A DNA stretch of 64,000 nucleotides from Gammaproteobacteria bacterium (GTDB lineage: Bacteria > Pseudomonadota > Gammaproteobacteria > GCA-001735895), in assembly GCA_030066335.1 (NCBI GenBank), contig JASJBV010000001.1, positions 9,065 through 73,064 of the forward strand, read 5' to 3'. The notes under the pieces were generated by a model that ran no database searches, was not told where the DNA came from, and saw only the letters and a list, made by a program, of their open reading frames with translations. Position numbers and translations under genes: made by a program. Positions 21,504-32,600 of the stretch are shown in pieces (position 1 is the first letter of the stretch; the number at the start of each line of letters is the position of its first letter).

Positions 21504-22184
21504 TCAGGAATTTGCTAAGCGCTTTTCCATGGCTTTTGACCAGCGGGAAAGTGGAAAGCAAAGAGAAAAATAAATAACTGCCATGATGGGGTAGACGATG
21601 AATGGTTCCGCACCATCGATCTGGGAATTGGCAATTTTTTTACCCCATCGCATCAGATCGTTGTAATCGATGATGTATGCCATCGATGTCCCCTTGATTA
21701 CCTGGACCATGAAACCAACCGTGGGTGGAATCGCCACCCGCAGCGCTTGCGGTGCGATGATCGAGGTAAGGATCTGCATGAAGGTCAAACCGAGGGCCTT
21801 ACCACCCTCCCATTGACCCTGCGGTACGCTTTGCAATGCCCCGCGCCAGACTTCGGACATGTAGGCGCTGGTAAAAAGGGTCAGAGACACACCCGCCGCG
21901 AACCAGGGCGGGATATCGACTTTGAAAAAGGCCGGGATACCCAGGCCGATCAAAAACAACAGCATCAACAGCGGGATCGACTGAAACAGCCAGATATAAG
22001 TGGTGGCGGTCCATTGCACCCAGCGTACCGGGACAATCTTGAGCACGGTGAAAAGCAGACCGATCAGCCCACCGCCGATGAAAGCGGTCAGCGACAGGTA
22101 GATTGTCCACTGGGTGGCATTCAGCAGCACGCTCAGCATGTTGCCGTAGAACTCACCGAACAGCCATTGTAGTATCTCGGTCAT
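21504..22184 (-). CDS. amino-acid ABC transporter permease
   Basis: Polytopic membrane protein with EAA-like loop; 4-bp overlap with upstream permease gene. Confidence 0.8.
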   Translation of the reverse strand: MTEILQWLFGEFYGNMLSVLLNATQWTIYLSLTAFIGGGLIGLLFTVLKIVPVRWVQWTATTYIWLFQSIPLLMLLFLIGLGIPAFFKVDIPPWFAAGVSLTLFTSAYMSEVWRGALQSVPQGQWEGGKALGLTFMQILTSIIAPQALRVAIPPTVGFMVQVIKGTSMAYIIDYNDLMRWGKKIANSQIDGAEPFIVYPIMAVIYFSLCFPLSRWSKAMEKRLANS

Positions 22185-22867
22185 CTTCTATCGCTCCACC
22201 ATGGAAATGCCCAGCGCTTGATCAGCTGAAAACCACCCAGGTAGATGTAGACCATCAGCATGTAAAGTACGGTGAGGACAATGAATACCTCGAAATCACG
22301 AAAGGTTCGATCGGCGACAAATCGACCTGACCAGGTGAGTTCCTCGACTCCAATCTCGGAGATCAAACCGGTGGTCAGGAACAGGAAAATGAACTGGCTG
22401 GAGATCGAGGGTAATACATTCGCCAGGGCCTGCGGCAGAATCACGTATTGCAGACTTTGCCAGCGGGTCAGGCTAAGAGAGGCAGCAGCTTCATATTGAC
22501 CGGTCTTCACCCCATTCATCCCGGCCCGGATCACCTCGGCAAAATAGGCCGAGAAATTCAGGGTCATCGCCAACAGCGCAGAGGTCGTAAACGACCACTG
22601 GTAATCGAGCAGCAGCGGCAGACCGAAGGCCACGAAGAACAACTGGACAATGAATGGTGTGTTGCGAATAAACTCGACGTAACTGACCGAAGCCAGGCGG
22701 ATGATCGCAGGATTCTGTGGTAACTGGATAATGGCCAGGGTCAAGCCCATGATGAAGCCGGTTATCCCACCAATGAGGGTTAATGTGAAGCTGGTCAGGC
22801 AACCATTGAGGATGGCATCCACATACTCTGGAGAGCGCCAGATTTCGTAAAAGCGGAACTCAAACAT
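22181..22867 (-). CDS. amino-acid ABC transporter permease
   Basis: HisM/GlnP-like TM pattern. Confidence 0.8.
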   Translation of the reverse strand: MFEFRFYEIWRSPEYVDAILNGCLTSFTLTLIGGITGFIMGLTLAIIQLPQNPAIIRLASVSYVEFIRNTPFIVQLFFVAFGLPLLLDYQWSFTTSALLAMTLNFSAYFAEVIRAGMNGVKTGQYEAAASLSLTRWQSLQYVILPQALANVLPSISSQFIFLFLTTGLISEIGVEELTWSGRFVADRTFRDFEVFIVLTVLYMLMVYIYLGGFQLIKRWAFPWWSDRR

Positions 22868-22873
22868 AGCGGC

Positions 22874-23629
22874 TCAAAGTATTTGCCCAAGAAAGGTTTT
22901 GGTCCGATTGTGTTGCGGGTTATCAAAGAACTCATCCGGTTTGTTTTCTTCAACGATAACCCCACCATCCATGAAAATAACCCGGTCCGCCACTTCACGC
23001 GCGAAGCCCATTTCATGGGTCACACAAAGCATCGTCATGCCGGTATCGGCCAGGCCAATCATCGTATCCAGCACTTCATTGACCATCTCCGGGTCCAGTG
23101 CCGATGTCGGTTCATCGAACAACATGATCTTGGGCTCCATGCACAGCGCTCGCGCGATGGCGACACGTTGCTGCTGACCACCCGAGAGCTGGGTTGGGTA
23201 CTTATCCGATTGCTCCGGGATCTTGACCCGCTCGAGATAATTCATCGCAATTTCACGCGCTTCGAGCTTGCTTCGTTTGAGGGCTTTGCGCTGCGCCAAC
23301 ACGCAGTTATCCAGCACGGTCAGATTGGGGAACAGGTTGAATGACTGAAACACCATGCCGACATCGCGCCTGACGGCCTCGACATTTTTCATGCCTTCAT
23401 TCAATTCATGCCCGTTTACCGAGACATAACCTTGCTGAAAGGTTTCCAGATGATTGAGACAACGAATCAGGGTGGATTTGCCGGAACCGGACGGACCGCA
23501 AATGACAATGCGCTCACCATCCTTGACCGTGAGGTTGATATCATGCAGAACCCGGAAGTCGCCATACCATTTACTCATGGCGCGAACTTCGACGGCGAAT
23601 TTTTCCTCTGCTGCTTCAGTGTCTGACAT
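22874..23629 (-). CDS. amino-acid ABC transporter ATP-binding protein
   Basis: Walker [25 protein letters not shown] signature, Walker [11 protein letters not shown]. Confidence 0.85.
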   Translation of the reverse strand: MSDTEAAEEKFAVEVRAMSKWYGDFRVLHDINLTVKDGERIVICGPSGSGKSTLIRCLNHLETFQQGYVSVNGHELNEGMKNVEAVRRDVGMVFQSFNLFPNLTVLDNCVLAQRKALKRSKLEAREIAMNYLERVKIPEQSDKYPTQLSGGQQQRVAIARALCMEPKIMLFDEPTSALDPEMVNEVLDTMIGLADTGMTMLCVTHEMGFAREVADRVIFMDGGVIVEENKPDEFFDNPQHNRTKTFLGQIL

Positions 23630-23731
23630 GATCAACCTGCTCAACCATTAACGAGGATCGATCAACCAATCAACAGGCTTCACGAATCATCGGAAGCAAG
23701 CTTGTTCGATCAATCGATAACTGATGTTGGT

Positions 23732-23748
23732 TGCTATGGTCAGCCCAG
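23732..23748 (-). promoter_or_regulatory. candidate sigma54 -24/-12 element (minus strand reads TGGGCTGACCATAGCA: GG-N10-GC)
   Basis: Correct GG/GC spacing ~100 nt upstream of the ABC ATPase start. Confidence 0.3.
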
Positions 23749-23829
23749 GTAAAACACGAATGCAAATTTTGCTTTAAATGGGGCAGAGAAATGAAATCAA
23801 TGCATTGACTTGGTGCGAAAATCTCTTTT

Positions 23830-23847
23830 TGCATACACATTGGTGCA
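23830..23847. promoter_or_regulatory. NtrC-like enhancer dyad TGCATACACATTGGTGCA
   Basis: Resembles TGCACCA-N3-TGGTGCA; lies ~100 bp upstream of the candidate sigma54 promoter. Confidence 0.3.
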
Positions 23848-23885
23848 TAGAGCAGCAAAAAGGGCGCAGATTTTTATAATGTGTT

Positions 23886-25370
23886 TTACTCAATGGTCTC
23901 AATAGATAACTGACCTAGCCATTGGGTCAAAGGCAGCAGTTCTGCCGGTTCCTCACCCTCGACCAGCTTGATATGGGTGGCATCGACCGGTAACTGTTGC
24001 AGGGTGGCGTCGACCGCCTGCCAGCGATTATCGATCCAGACCTCGTTCCAGCTGTGATAGAGAAAGCCCTGATGCTGTTCAGACCAGGTCAGACCATTGA
24101 CCACCTTGGTCGGTATACCCTGGTTGCGCATCAGCCCTGCCAGCAGATAGGCATGGCCCTGGCATTCGGCCTTGCCGCGCTGGATGACATCGATCGCACT
24201 GAAACCATCGATCACTTCACGCTCGATATTGGTTTCGATCCAGGCTAACGCGGATTGCAGGTATTTCCGCTTATCCATTGCTTTCTCCTCTCCAGCTATC
24301 TGCCCGGCCAGGTCGATAATCAACGGGTGATGGTAGGGCACCGCGACGCTGTGTTGCAGGCCCAGTCGCAGCGCCTCCCTGTCCTGACTGCTGATTGAAT
24401 CATCAGCGAACTCGGAGACCCGGCAGCGGGTTTGGGTTGCTGTCATGCGTTCACATTGTTGCCGGTAATCCGATGGCACATCAGCGGCCGAGTCCGGATG
24501 GTTTAGCAGGTACTCCTGTGATGATTTACCGATCTCCAACTGCGCGGGAATCAGGCTATAGTTCAACAGTGCTTCTGACCGATTCAACGCGGCCTCCACC
24601 AGGTAAGCTTGCGCCCGCTCTCGGGTTTCCAGCGCAGAGATGAACACGCCTCGGGCCGCGATATCCAGTCTAGGTAGGCCCTGTCGATCGAGCCAGGTCT
24701 TGCTGCTTTGCCCAGCCAGGGTTGTCTTGACCAGGAACGCATGCCCCTCGAATAAGTCACTGCCTTCATAACCCTGCACCTGTTGGCGGACTTCCCTGAT
24801 CGCGCGCAGATCACTGTTGAACACCTTATAACGATACTCCTTGCCTACCGCGATGCCTTGCGTAAATGGCAGCAACATCATGGCCGCGGTGGGATAAACG
24901 GCCTGACCATTCAATGGCAGATAATCCTGCTGGGTTTGATCATTGCTTAGACTGTTGACGATCAATTGGTCATTGGCATGGTCGGTGGTGACGTTAAGTT
25001 GAAGCGTGTTGCCATCGATGATTTGCTTCGACTCAAGCTCGATCAACTCGAGCCTGTGACTCACTATGGCACGATTTTTCAGGGACAGCTGCTTATCGAT
25101 GGTTAAAAACTTGAGCCGCAGCGAAGCATCTGCATGGATGACAAAGTGCTCCTGTTGTGGCTCCAGGCGCAAGTGACTGAAACCAATTTTCTCGCCGAGA
25201 AATACAATGCCGGTCCAGTACTCCTGGTAAGGCCAGTTGGCAAGTTGATACTTGATCTCCTGCTGGGGACGATCTTCATTGGCAACCGGATGAAAATATT
25301 GCGAAGCGCAACCGGAGACCAGGGTTACCAGTAGCAACAGGATTACTACAGAATATTTCTCTACAAACAT
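23886..25370 (-). CDS. lipoprotein with C-terminal transglutaminase-like cysteine-protease core
   Basis: Lipobox LVSGC; Cys-His-Asp arrangement KAECQGHAYLLAGL...YHSWNEVWI...AVDAT. Confidence 0.7.
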   Translation of the reverse strand: MFVEKYSVVILLLLVTLVSGCASQYFHPVANEDRPQQEIKYQLANWPYQEYWTGIVFLGEKIGFSHLRLEPQQEHFVIHADASLRLKFLTIDKQLSLKNRAIVSHRLELIELESKQIIDGNTLQLNVTTDHANDQLIVNSLSNDQTQQDYLPLNGQAVYPTAAMMLLPFTQGIAVGKEYRYKVFNSDLRAIREVRQQVQGYEGSDLFEGHAFLVKTTLAGQSSKTWLDRQGLPRLDIAARGVFISALETRERAQAYLVEAALNRSEALLNYSLIPAQLEIGKSSQEYLLNHPDSAADVPSDYRQQCERMTATQTRCRVSEFADDSISSQDREALRLGLQHSVAVPYHHPLIIDLAGQIAGEEKAMDKRKYLQSALAWIETNIEREVIDGFSAIDVIQRGKAECQGHAYLLAGLMRNQGIPTKVVNGLTWSEQHQGFLYHSWNEVWIDNRWQAVDATLQQLPVDATHIKLVEGEEPAELLPLTQWLGQLSIETIE

Positions 25371-25404
25371 GACCTGATGGGTTACGAAATTAATTCCATA
25401 TAAG

Positions 25405-27276
25405 TCACAAATCCTCTCTTTTTTCGCCGGGTACCAGGGTAAAAAAGAATGTTGCACCTTCGCCCTCTTTAGCCTCGGCCCAAATACTTCCACCATGACG
25501 ATTGATAATTCTCATTACGGAAGCCAGCCCCACCCCGGAACCCGGGAAATCGTTTATATGATGGAGCCGTTCAAAAGCACCGAATAGCTTTTTCTCATGA
25601 TCCATGTTGAATCCCACTCCATTGTCCCTGACAAACAGGATATCCGGATCCTGGCTATCGCGACCCAGGATTATCGATGCAACAGGCTCACGCCCGGTGA
25701 ACTTCCAGGCATTACCCAGTAAATTATCCATTAAGACCCTTAACAACCGGGGATCACCGGATACCTTGAGATCATTGCCAAATTCAAACTCGACCTTCCT
25801 ATCCGGCTCGCCAGCCTTTAATTCCTCGATCACTTCTTGCGCGATGCTACCAAGGTCAACTTCTTCTTGTGCTATCTCATCCCGGTTGATGCGTGACAAT
25901 TGCAATAGGTCATCTATTAGCTTACCCATGCGTTGCGCACCACCGCGAACTCGATCCAGATATTCCTGTCCTTGCGGGTCGAACTTGTCATGATAATCTT
26001 CCACCAGCGCATGGCTGAATCCATCGATTGCGCGCAATGGCGCTCTCAAGTCGTGGGATACTGAATAGGCGAAGGATTCCAATTCATGGTTGACCGATTT
26101 CAGTTCAGATGTACGCTCCTGAACGCGTTGCTCCAATTCCTTGTTGAATTGTTTGACCTGCTCATTCGCTCGGTGCAGGTTGTCCGTCATCCCATTGAAG
26201 GTGCGCGCCAGGTGGGCAATCTCATCATTGCCAAAGGCCTCGACCTGGACATCCAGCTTACCCTGTGAAACCAGGGTCGACACCCGATCCAGTTCTTCGA
26301 TAGGCGATATCACCAGACGTCTTACCAGGAAGAAAACCAGCGTAGAAAACACCAGGATGGATACGATCGTGACCGCGATGACATTGATAGCCAGGCTCTG
26401 GGTTATCTGCGCCAGTTCTGCTGTGGGTAATAAAGCGACCATGTAATATCCGGGAAAAAATTCGCTGGATCTGACGTAATAATCACCCGAAACAGAAATC
26501 AACATGGGTTGCTGGTTGGCGGCGAGAACGCTGGATACCTGCCCGGGCGAAAGTTTGTTCCCAAAACTGTAAATCAGGTCCGGTGAGTTATCGGCAAACT
26601 GAATATCGCCATCACGCGATATAACCAGTAACTTGCCTGCTTCACCAAAGCGGGTGGCGGCAACCAGTGACTTCAGGCTTTGCAGGTTATAGGTAATCAA
26701 TAACGCACCGCGTAATACCTCGGGTGCACTGAGTGGTTCGACACTGAGGTCACGCAGATACAGCGGCATACCTGCGAATAAGGCCAGTTCCTGGTTATCC
26801 GGGTTGATATGGATACTGGTTTTAACTTGCCGGTCCTGGCTGAGAAGTGCCTGCACGAGGGGGTCATCCAACTCCTCCTCTGTTGCATTTTGCAGTGGTT
26901 GACTGGTGAGCCGCGCACTTTCATAGCCATCCGGCAAAATAAAACGGATCTCGTAATAATCCGGATAACTTTGTTGATAACCGCGGAATAGATTCAACAG
27001 GGGCCGTTGCAGCAGACCGAATCGCTGAGCTTCATCCGTCGTCAATGCATATTTATGCACCAGGTAATTGGATGAAAACAGGGCAATGTTGGCATTGATT
27101 GAAGTTAATTGCTGATTGAACGAATTCTCAACCTGGCTCAATACCAGCCCCATTTCCTGGAAGCGGTTGTCCAATGTATTTTGCTGTAGTTGTGAATAGG
27201 CGATAAATCCGACAATAGCGATCGGCACAGCTACTACCGGAACGAGGAACAGAATAATTTTTGACTGCAGATTCAC
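25405..27276 (-). CDS. sensor histidine kinase (Cache-like periplasmic domain-HAMP-HisKA-HATPase), no receiver
   Basis: SHDLRAPLRAIDGF H-box, N/G boxes. Confidence 0.85.
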   Translation of the reverse strand: MNLQSKIILFLVPVVAVPIAIVGFIAYSQLQQNTLDNRFQEMGLVLSQVENSFNQQLTSINANIALFSSNYLVHKYALTTDEAQRFGLLQRPLLNLFRGYQQSYPDYYEIRFILPDGYESARLTSQPLQNATEEELDDPLVQALLSQDRQVKTSIHINPDNQELALFAGMPLYLRDLSVEPLSAPEVLRGALLITYNLQSLKSLVAATRFGEAGKLLVISRDGDIQFADNSPDLIYSFGNKLSPGQVSSVLAANQQPMLISVSGDYYVRSSEFFPGYYMVALLPTAELAQITQSLAINVIAVTIVSILVFSTLVFFLVRRLVISPIEELDRVSTLVSQGKLDVQVEAFGNDEIAHLARTFNGMTDNLHRANEQVKQFNKELEQRVQERTSELKSVNHELESFAYSVSHDLRAPLRAIDGFSHALVEDYHDKFDPQGQEYLDRVRGGAQRMGKLIDDLLQLSRINRDEIAQEEVDLGSIAQEVIEELKAGEPDRKVEFEFGNDLKVSGDPRLLRVLMDNLLGNAWKFTGREPVASIILGRDSQDPDILFVRDNGVGFNMDHEKKLFGAFERLHHINDFPGSGVGLASVMRIINRHGGSIWAEAKEGEGATFFFTLVPGEKREDL

Positions 27277-27284
27277 GTAGACAA

Positions 27285-28325
27285 CTAATTGATGATTTGT
27301 AGAAAAGTCTCTCCGTATAACTTCTCTATCCGCGGTGGTAACGCCTGGTAATACTCCGAATTCTTCAAGCTGTCGGGACTTGGATAAATGACCGGGTGAT
27401 TGAGGAAACTATCGGGCAGTAGTTTTTCCGCCCCGGTATTAGGTGTGGCGTAGTAGACATACTCGGCATTCCTGGCCGCATTGGCGGGTTCGTTGAGAAA
27501 ATCGATAAAAGACCAGGCCAGGGCCTTGTTATCGCTACGCGCGGAAACCGCCAGATGATCGATCCAGATCAGGCCACCCTCCTCCGGTAACACATACTCG
27601 ATATTGTCATTGAATTCCTGGATCATCAGGGTATCGCCGCTGAAGGTGATCGCCGCCACCGTTTCCCCCGTGACCAGCGGAGAATTTTCATCCTGGGATA
27701 TGTAGACAAAGTCGTCCACATGCGGCTTCACCGCCATCAACAGTGATTTGGCCTCGGCAATCGCGGCTCGATCGGTCGTGTTCAAGGAATGATTTTGTGC
27801 CTTGAGCGCGGCACCCAGAAGATCGCGTGCCGAATTGATCAGGCGAATCTTGCCCTTCATCTCGTCTGCTGGATTGAATAACTGCTTCCAGGAAATGATC
27901 GGTGTCTCAACCAGATCCTTGCGATAGCCAATACCCATGGTCCCCCAGAAATAGGGCACGGCATATTGTTTTGCACCTTTGAATGCATCAGCCAATTCCG
28001 GCCGGATATATTTCTCATTGCGCAGACCCTGTGCGGGCTTCTCGGCCAACCAGCCACGGCGGCTATAGGCTTCGATTTTCAATCCATTGGTGACGATGAC
28101 ATCATACTCGGCGCCTTCATTGGTGAGCAACAGCGCATCCCGATGATCATCGGTCTCGAAATAAACCTGCCTGAACTTGCAGTCACAGATCTTTTCAAAA
28201 TCCTGGATCAGGGAATCTTCCAGATAGTCTCCCCAATTCAGCAGCACCAGCTCTGTCTTTGCCTCGGCACGCGGATGAAAGGCGATGACAAAACAGATCA
28301 ACGAGAGAATCAACAAACCACGCAT
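27285..28325 (-). CDS. PotD/PotF-like periplasmic substrate-binding protein, partner of the downstream kinase
   Basis: Signal peptide MRGLLILSLICFVIAFHPRAEA after AAGGAG RBS; PotD-like composition. Confidence 0.7.
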   Translation of the reverse strand: MRGLLILSLICFVIAFHPRAEAKTELVLLNWGDYLEDSLIQDFEKICDCKFRQVYFETDDHRDALLLTNEGAEYDVIVTNGLKIEAYSRRGWLAEKPAQGLRNEKYIRPELADAFKGAKQYAVPYFWGTMGIGYRKDLVETPIISWKQLFNPADEMKGKIRLINSARDLLGAALKAQNHSLNTTDRAAIAEAKSLLMAVKPHVDDFVYISQDENSPLVTGETVAAITFSGDTLMIQEFNDNIEYVLPEEGGLIWIDHLAVSARSDNKALAWSFIDFLNEPANAARNAEYVYYATPNTGAEKLLPDSFLNHPVIYPSPDSLKNSEYYQALPPRIEKLYGETFLQIIN

Positions 28326-28524
28326 ATCGGTAAGCTCCTTTGAAATCACAACATGACTACCCGGAAATGTGATCTGGCCAACACCGGGTCGAACCTTGCC
28401 GACAGCTTGGCAAGCCAATGAGTAAATTCTAGTTTTTGTAATTATGCAGGTAAGTATAGCAATGAAAATAGGCTGGAAGCATCGGAAAACAGCAAGGTTT
28501 TCCGATGCGAAATATCAATCCAGG

Positions 28525-28839
28525 CTATTCGGTAGGGGTGCTAACCAGGGTCTCGACACAGGTCCAGCCCCAGCCAGTCTGCTTGTCGACGAAAGCCTGC
28601 GCCTGGTAATCACAGTAGTTGGGATCATTCACCGCGGACCACAACACCTGGTCCTCGACTCCCTCGGTCAGCTTTTTATACACCACGTCGCAGGGTACGG
28701 GACCATCGGAATGACGCACGATCTGGATCTCGCGCACGTCATTGTCATGGCGGCAGCTCCAGGAATCGGCGGTCACGCCTAACGGCATGGCAAGAAATGC
28801 TAAGCCCAGTATCTTCAACGTCGGATAGATTTTTCTCAT
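28525..28839 (-). CDS. small secreted protein with 4 Cys (hypothetical)
   Basis: Signal peptide MRKIYPTLKILGLAFLAMPLGVTA; mature ~83 aa. Confidence 0.45.
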   Translation of the reverse strand: MRKIYPTLKILGLAFLAMPLGVTADSWSCRHDNDVREIQIVRHSDGPVPCDVVYKKLTEGVEDQVLWSAVNDPNYCDYQAQAFVDKQTGWGWTCVETLVSTPTE

Positions 28840-28908
28840 GAGTTTCTCCTGTTTTATGTATTTGGCGAAGACTACGAGACGGATCATACTCCAAACCGGA
28901 CTGTTCGA

Positions 28909-29571
28909 CTAATTAACCCGACGCCCTTGTGCGGGCGCAGACATAATCGGCGCACCTTTTTCCTCGAGCAAGCGGGAAAATAATTCCATTCGCGACAGCA
29001 CGGTTGATGCCTCGAGCAACTGCTGTTTGCTGTCGATACTGAAGTTCAGCACCAACACCAGGTTATTCACGACCTGCTCGATCGGCAGTTTATCCAGCGC
29101 TTCCCAATCCACCTGCATGTTGTGACGATCGAAATAATGGCGCAGGCTGCCTTTGAAAAAATCGATTTCCCCGGCAGAGACTTCCTCGGTCTCGTAGTCC
29201 TGTCTGAAATCACTCCAGTCGGCCCTGACCCTGCGATAACCATTTTTCATCGGTAGTTCCTCAATGATCCGGTAGCGGCACAGCCCGGTCAGCATGATAT
29301 TCAACTTGCCATCCTTGCGCTCACGATACTGCCTGACCCGACCGGCGCAACCGACCGGGTAAATATCGCTGGCTGGATCATGCAACCGTGGTTGCACCAG
29401 GCCAATCAAATGATCTGTCTTTAACACATCGACGAACATAAGCAGATCCGTAGGGCTAGAAAATTCCAGCGGCAATTCACCTCCGGGCAACAAGGCATTT
29501 TCCAATGGGTAGATGGGCAGCTCTTCGGGTAATTGTTCGAACGGTTGGATAAAAGGCGATCTAGGTTTCAT
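28909..29571 (-). CDS. LON N-terminal (substrate-binding) domain-only protein
   Basis: IYPLENALLPGGELPLEFSSPTDLLM... resembles PF02190 LON_substr_bdg; 31 bp downstream of the RND pump gene. Confidence 0.65.
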   Translation of the reverse strand: MKPRSPFIQPFEQLPEELPIYPLENALLPGGELPLEFSSPTDLLMFVDVLKTDHLIGLVQPRLHDPASDIYPVGCAGRVRQYRERKDGKLNIMLTGLCRYRIIEELPMKNGYRRVRADWSDFRQDYETEEVSAGEIDFFKGSLRHYFDRHNMQVDWEALDKLPIEQVVNNLVLVLNFSIDSKQQLLEASTVLSRMELFSRLLEEKGAPIMSAPAQGRRVN

Positions 29572-29602
29572 GGTTAATCTTCAGGTGGTTAATGCAATCA
29601 GT

Positions 29603-32600
29603 TTACGGGCGCTGCAGCTCGGCTTTCGCTTGCGCTGGGTGGCGTGACTCAAGCCACTGCAACACGGCGACGGTTAAGGCGGGGAGAAAGGTCAGGGTCA
29701 CCAGCGCGGTGCCGATGATACCGGCCATGACGATGACGCCGACACCGCGATACAGCTCGGTACCCTCGCCCGGGATGAACACCAGCGGCGCGAGACCGAA
29801 CACCGTGGTCAGGGTCGACATCGCGATCGGGCGCAGGCGGGTATCGATCGCGTTGCGTACCGCCTCGACCGCCGACATCCCCTGTTCACGCAGGTTCAGC
29901 ATTGCCTGGTGGACGATCAGGATCGGGTTGTTGACGACGGTACCCATCAGGATCAGAAAACCGAGCATCGTAATCATATCGAAGGACTGGTGAATGGCCT
30001 GCAGTCCAACCGCGGGCAATAACAGGCTGCCGACCAGGTTCAACAAGGCCAGGCCGATAATGCCCGACGCGATACCGAGCGGGATCGTGGTCATGATCAA
30101 TACCGGGTAGCCCCAGTGGGAAAAAATCGCGACCAGCAACAGGTAGATGATCACCAGCGCGACCAGGTAGTTGGCGCCTAACGATTCCTTGGTCGACTGC
30201 AGCTGGTCACTGGCGCCGGAGGTGACGATCTTGACCGCCGCCGGCAACTGGCCATTGTCCTGCATGTAACCGATCACATCCTGCTTGACGATCTCCACCG
30301 CGGTCTCCAGCGCGACCGCGTCGGGCGGGATAATGTTCAGGGTCACGGTGCGGCTGCCATCGACCCGGCGAATATTGCTGGTATCGACGGTTTCGACCAC
30401 GCTGGCCAGTGACGACAACGGCACCACGGTGCCGCCCGGGGTATACACCGGCAGCTTGTCGAGTCGATCCAGGCTGGCCTTGCGGTCAGTGTTGCTGTAG
30501 AGGTAGATATCGATCTTGTCATCGGCAAAGAAAAATTCGTCGACGAAGGCACCATCGGTCAGGGCGGCGATGGTGAACCCCATCTCATCATGAGTCATGC
30601 CGGTCTCGGCCAGGCGTTCCCAGTCCGGCCGCACCTCGACCAGCGGTTGCGACAGGTTCAGTGACGACGGATTCGAGCGTACCCGCGGCCGCTGCATGAC
30701 CTCCTTGGCCCGGTTTTCGGCATCCAGCGCCACCTGGTAGATGGTCTGCAGGTCGGGGCCGGAGATATCCAGGTTGACGCTGCGGGTACCGCCACTGTTG
30801 CTGGAGATAATCGAGCCGCGGGATACGAACGAGCGCATGCCGACATAATCGCCGAACTTGGCGCGTACCGCATCCATCAGCGGTTTGATATGGCTGGGAT
30901 CCTTCGGCTGCGAGATGATAAAGATCGTGGTGGCACGGATGCTCATGTTCATATACAGCATCGCCGGTACCTCGGTTTCACCGCGCGCAAACTGTTCCGG
31001 ATCATGCTCGAGATAGGGCAGAAAATGCTCCTGCAGGTCCATGCCGATGCGGGTCATGGTTTCCAGGTTGTAGCCGGTGGGTGAACTCATGCGCGCAAAC
31101 AGTTTCGGCTCCTCGCCCTCGGGCAGGTATTCGGCCGCGGGCGTCAGCCAGATGATGATCGCGGTGCAGATACCCCCGACCAGGGCGATGACACTGAAGC
31201 GGCGTAGCGAGGTCGCCACCAGCCAGTTGATCACAGCAACCGTGGCCCGGCGCATGCGGCCGGTTTCACGGGCGACGGCGCTGGCCGGTTGGGCAAACAC
31301 GAAGCGCCCAGCTGCCGCCGGCACCGCGGCAATCGCAATCGCCATCGACGCCAGGATCGAGGCCGAGATCGCAATCGCGACATCGCTGTAGAGCTGGCCC
31401 GCCTCTTCCGCGATGAACACGATCGGTACGAACACCATGACCGTGGTCAGGGTCGACGCGAGCACCGCCGGCCATACCCTGCGTACACCCTCGACCGCGG
31501 CACGCCAGCGATCAAGGCCCTTGCGCCAGGCTTGCTCGATACTCTCCAGCACGACGATGCTGTTATCCAGGGTCATGCCGATGGCAAAAGCCACGCCGGC
31601 GAGGGAAATCACGTTGATCGTCCGCCCGCTGGCATACAGACCGATGAAGGCCGCGATCGTACACACCGGAATCCCCATGATCCCGACCAGGGTGGCGCGG
31701 CCGGAACGCAGGAACAGGTACATGACCAGGCTGGCCAGCAGCGCGCCGATCAGCAGGTTGGTCCAGACGTTGAAAATCGACGCCTGCACATAGCCGACGT
31801 CATCGGCGACCAGGCGCAGCGCCATCCCCGCCGGCTGCAGAATTTCCGCGTTGACCGCGTCAACCTCCAGCATCATCTGGCGTTTGATATCGATGACATT
31901 GGAGCCCGGGTTGCGCCTTACCGACATGCCGATCGCCGGTTGGCCATTGGCGAAGGAATGGCGCACGATCTCGAAATGGCCGATACGGATATCCGCCAGT
32001 TCACCCAGCCGCACCAGTGCATCACCATCGCGCGTGATGATCAGGTCATTGAGTTCGTCGACATCGCTGAAGCGACCGATCGTGCGCAACAGGTAACGGC
32101 GCTTGCCGGATTCGATCTCGCCGCCGGAAACATCGATGTTGCGCTCACGAATCGCCTGGCGCACGCTGGCCACGGTCAGGTTACGCTCGGCCAGGCGGCG
32201 CGGGTCGAGCACAATCTGCACCTGGCGGTCGGCACCGCCATAAACCGAAACCTCGGACACCCCGGGAATCGCCTCCAGCCTGGATGCCACGTTGTCGCGG
32301 ATATAGTCCTGCATCGGGGTGATATCGATATTGCGCGGATTGCCCGGCAGCGGCATTATCCGGAAGTACATGAAGGCGTTGGCCGAAAACGAACTGGCGA
32401 TGATGCGCGGCTGATCGACGTTATTGGGATAGGAACTGACCCGGCTGAGCGCGTTCATGACCTCGATCAGGGTCTTGTTGAGATCGATACCGAACGGAAA
32501 TTCGAGTTCGATCCGGGCGCGGCCGAATTCGGCGGATGACTCGATGCGTTGCAGCCCACGCACGCTGCGCAGCTGTTCCTCCTGCTCGATCAGGATCTCC

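Noticed and set aside
31289-32539. 416-aa plus-strand ORF, His/Arg/Asp-rich
   Set aside because: Lies entirely antisense to the well-supported RND permease gene in a high-GC region; low-complexity composition typical of shadow ORFs
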